Shown one piece after another: positions 1 to 6,898 of a stretch of 15,789 nt of DNA; the stretch's first letter is position 1, and each line of letters begins with the position of its first letter. Under the pieces are notes generated by a model, which worked only from the letters and a program-made list of their open reading frames with translations, was not told where the DNA came from and did no database searches. Source of the stretch: Candidatus Micrarchaeota archaeon (GTDB taxonomy: Archaea; Micrarchaeota; Micrarchaeia; Anstonellales; Bilamarchaeaceae); assembly GCA_032123335.1 (NCBI GenBank), contig JAQBFN010000054.1:1-15789 (forward strand). The letters run 5' to 3'. The translations under genes and the position numbers were made by a program.

Positions 1-822
1 TGAGCCCTTGCCCTTTTCTTCCATGGAATGCATGGGTGAAAGAAGGGAAGAGAAGGAAAGGATTAAGCCGGAAACAAGCGGGAACCCAACAAGAAAAACT
101 AAGATGAAGGAAACCGGGTCGGTTTCGGAAGCGAATACTGCTTTTCCGAGCACGGAGAAAATCAGGTAGACTGCAGGAAGGATCGTGGATGCTGCTATGA
201 ACAGGAGGGAAAACATTGCCTGCTTTGAAGAAAACTCCTTCATGCGGTACTGCTGCAGGAAGAACATATCGTCCGAGATTTTCTTTATGGACTCGGCGCC
301 TCCTCCGCTTTCATAGGCTGAGAGGACCTGGGAAACTGCACGCTTTATTTCAAGGGAATCGAACTGCTTCGCAAGGGAAGCAAGGGCGGCTTCAACCGTG
401 GCTCCGCGCTTTATTTCCTTTACAGCCGCGCTTAGTTCTTCTGAGATTGCAAAATTCTCGCTGGAAAGGGTTTCCAGAGAAGTGTGGAAGGGGATTTTGA
501 GCTCAAGGAGCATGCTGAGGGTTCTGAGAAAGAGGGGAAGCTCTGCTTCAACCTCTGCTTTTTTCTTATTGAAAGCAAGCTTGGGAAGCATGAGCAAAAG
601 CAGGAAAAACAGGATGTAAATGAGGAAGAAACCCAGGAAGAAAAACAGTATGTTGCCCAGGAAAACGAGTGAGAGGAGCACTGTTGGGAGGAATGCAAGC
701 GCAAGGCAGAGTGCAGTGTACCTGGAAGGATCTGCCCCAAATTTGGATGCGTAAAGCGCATTTTTGGTTTTGATTGGAACATGTGGAAAACGCTCCGAAA
801 GCTCAAGCATCTTTTCAAGCAT
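1..822 (-). CDS. Type II secretion system F / TadC-like pilus assembly membrane protein (runs off the window start, 3'-partial)
   Basis: Translated by hand because it is absent from the ORF track (no stop in window). ATG at 822, 274 open codons: MLEKMLELSERFPHVP...hydrophobic segments...KKAEVEAELPLFLRTLSMLLELKIPFHTSLETLS...EIKRGATVEAALASLAKQFDSLEIKRAVSQVLSAYESGGG, a T2SSF-like pattern. Lies directly downstream of the ATPase. Confidence 0.85.
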   Translation of the reverse strand, partial: MLEKMLELSERFPHVPIKTKNALYASKFGADPSRYTALCLALAFLPTVLLSLVFLGNILFFFLGFFLIYILFFLLLLMLPKLAFNKKKAEVEAELPLFLRTLSMLLELKIPFHTSLETLSSENFAISEELSAAVKEIKRGATVEAALASLAKQFDSLEIKRAVSQVLSAYESGGGAESIKKISDDMFFLQQYRMKEFSSKQAMFSLLFIAASTILPAVYLIFSVLGKAVFASETDPVSFILVFLVGFPLVSGLILSFSSLLSPMHSMEEKGKGS

Positions 823-823
823 A

Positions 824-2155
824 CTACAGCCCATAGAACTTATCCTGGAAAGAATCAAAAAATTCCTGGAAATCCATTTTCTTTTTTATGAATTTTTCCC
901 GGGAGGAGAACTCCGTTTCGAACTCTTTTGCAGAAAGCCCCAGGGAAGAGCAAATTGCTTCGGAAAAAGGCTTCATGTTGCCCTGTTTCCAGGAATCCGT
1001 TTTTGGATCATAAGTAAAGAGGGGCTCATGGTTGTGGCCAAAGCAGAGTTCGGTCATCCGCCTCAATTCTGTATTCTTCTTGGTTTTGGGATTGTAGCGA
1101 AGCATCCTCCTCTGCACAAGAATTGCATCTATGCTGTTGAAGTCCAGCTCGCTTACCCCAAAAAAGGAGAACCTTCGGAAGGTTTCTGCGCTGCTCTGGG
1201 CATGGAAAGTGGCGTAGCAGCCGCGGGCCTGTCCCCCAAGAAGAGAATCGAAAAGTGCTTCGGTTTCAGGGCGGTTGCGCACTTCCCCAACTACAAAGCG
1301 GTCGGGACGCATGCGAAGGGTATCATAAACTAGGTCCTTCAGGGAAACACCCATCTCCTCATTTGCAACAAGGCGCACCTGGTGGGAATGGGGAATGCTT
1401 ATCTCAGGGCTTTCCTCCGCAAGCACTACGCGCTCGTTGCGCGGAATAAAAGAAAAGAGCATATTGAGCGTGGTGGTTTTGCCGCTTGCAGTATTCCCGG
1501 AAACGACCAGGGACATGTCCGCCTGCATAATAAAGGAAAGGGCGGCTAGCGCCCCTGCAGGCATGGTTTTAAGGGAAATTAAATCGCTTGGGGAAAACGG
1601 GTTTTCGCTGAATTTGCGGAGGGTTAATTCCCCATCGGAAAGGGGAGGGAGGGTTGCATGGAGGCGGGAGCCATCCTGCAGAATAGTATTCAATTTGGGC
1701 TTCTGGAGCGTGATGCGCCTCCCCAGGTGCTTGGCCATCTTGTTCACCACATCCATCAGGGCACGCTCATCAGTGAACATTGCATTTACGGATTTCCATC
1801 CCTCCTTGCGTATGAATACGTATGCGGGCTTGTTTATCCCTACAACGCTTACCTCCTCCACTGAAGGATCCTTCAGGATGGGGTCAAGAAAAGCGAATCC
1901 ATAGATATGGAGGCGGGCCATTTCAGAAAGGTATTCCAGCTGGTCATGGTCCAGCATTATGCCTTCTGCTTCCGCATGCTCATAGAGAAGCTGCTTCAGG
2001 AGGCTGGAAACGTCCTTTTCAGACCCGAACTCGCTCCTCCTTGCCTCTTCCCTGAACCTCTCTTCCACAAGGGAAATTACCTGCTCCTCCTCCGCGCTTA
2101 AGCGGGGGAGCCCGAGCTCATAATCCCCTTCATTTAGTATCTTCCACCCTAGCAT
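824..2155 (-). CDS. Type II/IV secretion or pilus assembly ATPase (CpaF/TadA/VirB11 family)
   Basis: Walker A GNTASGKTT, EESPEI box, LRMRPDRFVVGEVR (Walker B region), TFHA His box, LQDGSRLHATLPPLS and LTLRKF motifs. Confidence 0.93.
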   Translation of the reverse strand: MLGWKILNEGDYELGLPRLSAEEEQVISLVEERFREEARRSEFGSEKDVSSLLKQLLYEHAEAEGIMLDHDQLEYLSEMARLHIYGFAFLDPILKDPSVEEVSVVGINKPAYVFIRKEGWKSVNAMFTDERALMDVVNKMAKHLGRRITLQKPKLNTILQDGSRLHATLPPLSDGELTLRKFSENPFSPSDLISLKTMPAGALAALSFIMQADMSLVVSGNTASGKTTTLNMLFSFIPRNERVVLAEESPEISIPHSHQVRLVANEEMGVSLKDLVYDTLRMRPDRFVVGEVRNRPETEALFDSLLGGQARGCYATFHAQSSAETFRRFSFFGVSELDFNSIDAILVQRRMLRYNPKTKKNTELRRMTELCFGHNHEPLFTYDPKTDSWKQGNMKPFSEAICSSLGLSAKEFETEFSSREKFIKKKMDFQEFFDSFQDKFYGL

Positions 2156-2483
2156 TCACAACAACCCTATCTCCTTTTTCGAACCAGGCAGCACGCTTTT
2201 CATCTATTTCCAGGAGGTAACGGGCAGGCTCTGAATTCTGCCTGTGCGCTTCAGAGGGAACAACCCGAAATTTATCTACTACTTCTCCGGATGAAGAGAT
2301 GTAAATTGCGTAAAAAGGAGCAGGAACAAAGAAGGAGTGGATGGCATGTATGTCATCCCTGAAGAAGTCAAAAAGGATTGGGATTATTTCCTTGCGGAAC
2401 ATAAGTCCGCGTATCTTTGAGAGTAGAGAAACCGCATCATCGCAGTTTAGCTTCTTTCCATTGGTTTTGTTTTCCACCATCAT
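2130..2483 (-). CDS. DUF192 family protein
   Basis: 117 aa with RGLMFR, IHSFFV and ARYLLEI...GDRV motifs typical of DUF192. Overlaps the uppS stop (ATGA) and the ATPase start. Confidence 0.8.
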   Translation of the reverse strand: MMVENKTNGKKLNCDDAVSLLSKIRGLMFRKEIIPILFDFFRDDIHAIHSFFVPAPFYAIYISSSGEVVDKFRVVPSEAHRQNSEPARYLLEIDEKRAAWFEKGDRVVVNARVEDTK

Positions 2484-3186
2484 TTTCCGAACCGCCTTTG
2501 GGTTTTCTCGTAGAACCTCAAAGCATCGCCAAAATCTTCCCTTGAAAAATCGGGCCAGAGCTTGTCGCTGAAATATAGCTCACTATATACCGTTTGCCAG
2601 GGAAGGAGGCCGCTGAGCCTTTTTGCGCCGGAGGTGCGGATAATCAAATCCGGGTCAGGGAGGCCTGCGGTGTACATGTGATCGCTCAGGATTTTCTCAT
2701 TTACTTTGGTTACGCCTTCCTTAAGCGCGGAGTTTACAGCATCCACAATCTCGGTGCGCCCCCCATATGCAAGAAGGAGATTAAGGGAGTACTTGGTTGA
2801 GCCCTTGGTCATTTCCTCCACTTTGTTGAACATCTGGGAAATCTTTTCAGGAAAAAGGTCGGTGCGGCCAAGGAAGCGCACGCGCACATCCTTGCGGATA
2901 AGGTCATCCCTGCGGGTTATTGCAGCAAAAAGATCCTTTTCAAAAAGCCCGAAAAGCTTGGTAATTTCATCGGAATCCCGCTGGAAGTTCTCAGTGGAGA
3001 AGCCCCACATGGTGACCATGGGAACTTCCTCCTCTATGCACCAGGTAAGCACATCACTTATTTTGCGGATTCCTGTTTCATAGGCTTCCTGCCTGGGAAT
3101 TCCGTTAAGCTCGCCCCATCTCCTGTTTACGGTCCTTAATAGGAAATTCCGTCAGGGATGATGGCGATGTGCTTGGGCTTTACCAT
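2480..3186 (-). CDS. uppS: cis-prenyltransferase (polyprenyl diphosphate synthase, UppS family), interrupted by a 20-nt putative intron; exons 3186..3147 and 3126..2480, 228 aa when spliced
   Basis: ATG at 3186 reads MVKPKHIAIIPDG, then a 20-nt insert with an in-frame TAA, then NRRWGELNG... continuous with ORF 2480..3052 (FSTENF, YGGR, PDPDLIIRTSG, RLSGLLPWQ, YSELYF, LWPDF, RRFGK). 707 minus 20 = 687 nt = 229 codons. Confidence 0.92.
3127..3146 (-). other. Putative 20-nt bulge-helix-bulge (BHB)-type pre-mRNA intron in uppS (UUUCCUAUUAAGGACCGUAA)
   Basis: mRNA reads CCUG-ACGG-AA^UU-UCCU-AUUA-AGGA-CCGU-AA^A-CAGG. Outer helix CCUG/CAGG, 4-bp central helix ACGG/CCGU, bulges AAUU and AAA, inner hairpin UCCU/AGGA. 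Cutting after the second base of each bulge gives CCU GAC GGA AAC AGG (P-D-G-N-R). Confidence 0.82.
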
Positions 3187-3190
3187 CTGC

Positions 3191-4189
3191 TTACCAGCTC
3201 TTCATGTATTTGATGAAATCAATCAACCGGTTGGAATAGCCATACTCATTGTCGTACCAGGAAACAACCTTCACTAAATTCCCGGAAACGTTTGTGTATT
3301 CGCTATCCACTATGGAGGAATGCGGATTCCCGATTATGTCTGCGGAAACAAGGGGCTCTACAAGGTATTGGAGAATTCCCTTGAGCGGGCCTTCTGCAGC
3401 TTCCTTCATTTTCGCGTTCACTTCCTCCTTTGTGGTTTCCTTCTCAACTTCAACTGTGATATCTGTGATGGAGCCATCCACGACCGGGACACGGAGGGAG
3501 AACCCATCCATTTTTCCTTCGAGCTCAGGGATAACCTTTCCAATCGCTTTTGCTGCTCCGGTAGAAGTTGGAATAATGGAAACTGCGGCTGCGCGTGCAC
3601 GCCTCCAATCCTTGTGCGAGCCGTCCAGGAGCCTCTGGTCGTTTGTATATGCGTGGGTTGTAGTCATGAAGCCGCGCTGCACATTGAAATTTTCGTGCAG
3701 GACCTTCATTACTGGAGCGAGGCAATTGGTGGTGCAGGAAGCGAGAGAAAATACTTTATCTTCGCGATTCGCGGAATCCATATTTACGCCCGGAACAATC
3801 ATTGCACAATCCTTTCCAGGAGCGGAAATAATCACGCGCTTTGCGCCCGCATCAATGTGCGCCTGGCAGTCAGCAATGCTACTGAATTTTCCAGTGGATT
3901 CGATTATTACGTCCACTCCGTTTTCCCCCCAGGGGACTTTGGCTGGGTTGGTTTCCCTGGTCCACTTAATTTCATAGCCATTCACTACGATTGTGCCATC
4001 CTTGGCTTCAACGGTGCCGGGAAAAGTGCCCTGTGCTGAATCATACTTGAAAAGATGAGCATTCATCTTCACATCGCTTCGCGTATTTATCTGCACAATG
4101 TCAAAGTCCTTTCCAAGGACGCCCTGTTCAACCGCAGCGCGGAGGAACATCCTTCCTATTCTGCCAAAACCTGAAATTCCTACTTTCAT
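3191..4189 (-). CDS. gap: Class I (bacterial/eukaryotic-type) glyceraldehyde-3-phosphate dehydrogenase
   Basis: GFGRIGR, ESTG, catalytic ASCTTNCL, IIPTSTGAAKA, RVP and WYDNEYGYS motifs. ATG at 4189 is preceded by SD-like AGGTGGGAG. Confidence 0.97.
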   Translation of the reverse strand: MKVGISGFGRIGRMFLRAAVEQGVLGKDFDIVQINTRSDVKMNAHLFKYDSAQGTFPGTVEAKDGTIVVNGYEIKWTRETNPAKVPWGENGVDVIIESTGKFSSIADCQAHIDAGAKRVIISAPGKDCAMIVPGVNMDSANREDKVFSLASCTTNCLAPVMKVLHENFNVQRGFMTTTHAYTNDQRLLDGSHKDWRRARAAAVSIIPTSTGAAKAIGKVIPELEGKMDGFSLRVPVVDGSITDITVEVEKETTKEEVNAKMKEAAEGPLKGILQYLVEPLVSADIIGNPHSSIVDSEYTNVSGNLVKVVSWYDNEYGYSNRLIDFIKYMKSW

Positions 4190-4199
4190 GTCTCCCACC

Positions 4200-4240
4200 T
4201 AAAGAATAGACAATTATTCTTTATACCCGAATCTTTAAAA
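4200..4240. promoter_or_regulatory. Divergent promoter region (gap operon / glycosyltransferase) with a 9-bp inverted repeat
   Basis: TATA-like TTTAAAA at 4234-4240 (+) and TATAAAG at 4225-4219 (-). Inverted repeat TAAAGAATA-N6-TATTCTTTA at 4200-4223. Confidence 0.5.
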
Positions 4241-4264
4241 ATAGATTTTGGGAATCTTCTCTTG

Positions 4265-5644
4265 ATGCACAATAAACTGATTGTGGGAATAGTCCTTCTT
4301 CTGTCCCTTGGGATGGTGGGGGCTTCACTTATATGGGTTCTGGAAGCAGGCGGAAACTGGGTGTACGTAGCTGCAGCATCCCTGATTATTGCAGTATTCT
4401 CCTTATTCTTCAATGTAAGCGGGGCAGTTTACCTTACTGAAGCGGAAGAGCTGGACAAGAACATCTCAGAAGCAGGAAAGAAACCGGGAAAGCTGGTTGT
4501 GGGGATTTCCACATACAAGCCGGACCTGAAAGTGCTCAGGGAATCAATACAGTCCATAAAAAAACTGGAATACGATGATGATTTTGAGATTGCAGTGCTG
4601 GATGATACCGAGGATGCAGAGTATGCAAGGAGGGTGGGTGAGCTCTGCAAATCCGAAGGAGTGGAGCTGCTGCACAGGAATACGCGGGATTGGGGGAAGG
4701 CTGGTGCGCTGAATGCGCTGCTGGAAAAAACCGATGCAACGTTCCTTGCAATTTTTGATGCGGATGAAGTTGTGCAGAATACTTATTTCCTGAAGGAAAC
4801 CCTGGGGCATTTCAAGGATGAAAAGGTTGCATTCGTGCAGACCAATAAGGAGTGCGGGGGAAACGGGGTATTTGAGAGGGCCGCGAATTATACAAATGCA
4901 GCTTTTGTGAATTTGATACAGCCGATAAACACGAGGAAAGGGGTTGCGCTGTTTACGGGCTCATGCGGGATTTTCAGGACTGCTGCACTAAAGGATGTTG
5001 GGGGGTTCCCAAACTCGGTCATTGAAGATGTGGCAGTATCCCTGAAGCTCAAATGGAAGGGCTGGAGCGGGAAGCATGTCCCTAAAGTGTATGCAATTGG
5101 AGGGCAGATAAACATCTTCCAGAGATTCTCGAGCCAGCACATGAGGTACATCGGGGGAGTTACTGCGCTTCTTCCGGAATACACCCAGAAGATCTGGGGC
5201 TACCCGCTGGAGCAGAAAATGATTATGGCTGTGCATGCGCTTGGGCTGCATTATGTTTCGCTTGTGCAGCTTGCTGCATGCACAATCGCTGTGCTTTCTG
5301 CAATTTACGGAATTTTCCTGGGGCAGGTTGCATCCGCCGCATACCTTGCATCTACGCTGATTACGCTGCTGTTCCTCTCTAAAATTTATGTAGGGTCTTT
5401 GCGGGTGGGGTTGGTGGCATACCTCCTGAACTACTCGGTAATTGTGCCCAGGATACTGGCTACGATAAGCTTAATCCTGGGGCAGAGAAAATTCGGTGTG
5501 CTTTCCACAATCCTAGCATCTATTGTGCAATTCGTGCTGAGTGCTGCGCTTTTCGCGGTTTCCTGGGAAACGGGCAGCCTGGTGCCTGTGTGGTGGGGAA
5601 TACTCTTTATTTCAAATCCGCTGTTTCTATTGGCCAAGAGATAG
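4265..5644 (+). CDS. Membrane-bound GT2 glycosyltransferase (cellulose synthase/CESA-like)
   Basis: VLDD, GKAGALN, FDAD, FVQT, FTGSCGIFR, VGGF...IED and QHMRY (QxxRW-like) motifs, with N- and C-terminal hydrophobic helices. ATG 4265 preferred over TTG 4262. Confidence 0.9.
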   Translation: MHNKLIVGIVLLLSLGMVGASLIWVLEAGGNWVYVAAASLIIAVFSLFFNVSGAVYLTEAEELDKNISEAGKKPGKLVVGISTYKPDLKVLRESIQSIKKLEYDDDFEIAVLDDTEDAEYARRVGELCKSEGVELLHRNTRDWGKAGALNALLEKTDATFLAIFDADEVVQNTYFLKETLGHFKDEKVAFVQTNKECGGNGVFERAANYTNAAFVNLIQPINTRKGVALFTGSCGIFRTAALKDVGGFPNSVIEDVAVSLKLKWKGWSGKHVPKVYAIGGQINIFQRFSSQHMRYIGGVTALLPEYTQKIWGYPLEQKMIMAVHALGLHYVSLVQLAACTIAVLSAIYGIFLGQVASAAYLASTLITLLFLSKIYVGSLRVGLVAYLLNYSVIVPRILATISLILGQRKFGVLSTILASIVQFVLSAALFAVSWETGSLVPVWWGILFISNPLFLLAKR

Positions 5645-6571
5645 ATGGTCGGACATAAAGCGGCTTTCCAGTTCCCTTGCAACCGTATCCGGCATAATCA
5701 GGTAGTATTTTTCTTCTGAGAGGATTACTTCGCAGCCCTGGGTAATTTCTCCTTTTGGAGGATACTTTCCGTATGGGTAGAGGCGGAAACTTGCCCCTCC
5801 GGAAAGCTTCAGGATTGCAAAGGGCATTGTGGTTTTCCTATCCTCCCCTGCAAACTGGACTAGAGTCACGTCTTCAAGGCTATCGTGAATATTAGTTACA
5901 TCCAGGGGGGCCCCGCCTATAACCTCATGGACAACCAGGATCCGCCTGGCTTCCTCCGGAGTTCCAGGGAGGTACCTGGACAGGGAAGAAACATCAACAA
6001 GGTGCTTGCTCTGCTCCGCAACTCCCTCAATGGGGGATGGAGGCGCGGTGCTTATCCTCTGGAGTGCGGTGCTTATCTTTCCCTCAACCGGGAAGAGATA
6101 TAGGGACTTCCCGCCTTCAGGGAGCTCAAGCTTAAGGTAAACATTATGGATAAATGGTGAGAGTTTTGGGTCTGAGGCAAGGGTTTCAGGAAGCCTGTCC
6201 CCAAATATGAAATAGCTTGCCATGATTGGGGGCTGTTTTTTACCCTCTTTGCGCGGAGGGTCGATGTATTGTGAATCAGTTTCTATCAGCACTACGGGCA
6301 TATCCCAGAACCAGCGCCTTCCCGCGGACTTCAGGGATTTTACAACACCCAGCACAAAGTCTGTGGGATTGCCTCCAGTAACCGGGTTAATGAGGTTGTT
6401 TTCAGAGATGTTTGCAGAAAGGACTCTGAGCAGGCGCTGGGTTTTTTCAGTAGTGGAAAGGCGCTTGGTAATGTCTGTGGGCCCCTCATCAAGAATTGTG
6501 TGGGGCGTACGCTGGCTGCTGCTGGAAGCTGCTTTCCCAGCCTTTGTAAAGGGCTGGCGGTCACTGGCCAT
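5627..6571 (-). CDS. Hypothetical protein (314 aa)
   Basis: Long ORF with no recognised motif. Start moved to ATG 6571 (MASDRQPF) because the upstream extension in the ORF track runs through tRNA-Val. Confidence 0.7.
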   Translation of the reverse strand: MASDRQPFTKAGKAASSSSQRTPHTILDEGPTDITKRLSTTEKTQRLLRVLSANISENNLINPVTGGNPTDFVLGVVKSLKSAGRRWFWDMPVVLIETDSQYIDPPRKEGKKQPPIMASYFIFGDRLPETLASDPKLSPFIHNVYLKLELPEGGKSLYLFPVEGKISTALQRISTAPPSPIEGVAEQSKHLVDVSSLSRYLPGTPEEARRILVVHEVIGGAPLDVTNIHDSLEDVTLVQFAGEDRKTTMPFAILKLSGGASFRLYPYGKYPPKGEITQGCEVILSEEKYYLIMPDTVARELESRFMSDHLSLGQ

Positions 6572-6636
6572 GCCGAGAATAACTAAGAAGAGAATTAAAA
6601 ATGTTATGGGGCAGATAATGGAATACTCCTTATTAC

Positions 6637-6709
6637 GGGCTCGTGGTCCAGCGGTTAAGACGCTACCTTGACATGGTAGATATCCCCGGTTCGAATCCGG
6701 GCGGGCCCA
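6637..6709 (+). tRNA. tRNA-Val (GAC)
   Basis: Acceptor GGGCTCG/CGGGCCC plus discriminator A, anticodon arm CTACC-TTGACAT-GGTAG, T-loop GGTTCGAATCC. No intron, no encoded CCA. Confidence 0.96.
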
Positions 6710-6715
6710 TGACAG

Positions 6716-6854
6716 TTTGGAGTACACGCGGAGCGGCACAAGTGCTCCAAAGTGGCATTTCTGTCAAGAGAAATGGGGCGTATTTGCCGGATCTTGAACG
6801 TGAGTTCAAGAGAAGAAATCAGTAGATTTCTCAGAGGGCAAATCTGAGGCCCAT
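6716..6854 (+). ncRNA. Putative structured RNA or palindromic element of unknown family, immediately 3' of tRNA-Val (strand uncertain)
   Basis: Stems: TTTGGAGTAC/GTGCTCCAAA (6716-25/6742-51); CATTTCT/AGAAATG (6756-62/6769-75); ATTTGCC/GGCAAAT (6782-88/6837-43) enclosing TCTTGAAC-GTGA-GTTCAAGA (6792-6811) and AGAAATC-AGTA-GATTTCT (6814-6831). Confidence 0.45.
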
Positions 6855-6898
6855 GGTTTTACGGGGAAGTATTGAGGGAAGCACACGGATGAGATAAG

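Noticed and set aside
432..818. 128-aa minus-strand ORF in the ORF track
   Set aside because: Wrong frame. The frame starting at ATG 822 is open to the window edge and encodes the T2SSF-like protein.
2480..3052. 190-aa ORF taken as the complete uppS, or uppS called a pseudogene
   Set aside because: It lacks the essential N-terminal DGNRR motif, which is present upstream and restored by removing one structured 20-nt insert. No other lesions are visible, so the intron reading is preferred, although pseudogene status is not formally excluded.
3127..3146. Programmed ribosomal frameshift as the explanation for the uppS break
   Set aside because: A frameshift would leave about 6-7 extra residues inside the catalytic DGNRR loop, whereas precise excision restores the motif exactly.
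3249..4039. Long antisense ORFs opposite gap (and similar ones opposite the ATPase, fen and the M50 gene)
   Set aside because: Shadow ORFs of well-conserved genes, with no recognisable motifs.
6045..6077. 12-nt direct repeat GCGGTGCTTATC with 21-nt period (a similar 12-nt repeat lies near 13579-13608)
   Set aside because: Only two copies, in frame within coding sequence (ISTA..ISTA; KFT..KFT). Not a CRISPR array or mobile-element end.
6572..6825. N-terminal extension of ORF 5627..6739 and the 60-aa ORF 6643..6825
   Set aside because: Both run through the tRNA-Val gene and are most likely spurious.
6776..6852. Hammerhead ribozyme reading of the three-way junction
   Set aside because: No CUGANGA and GAAA core in the correct junction positions on either strand.
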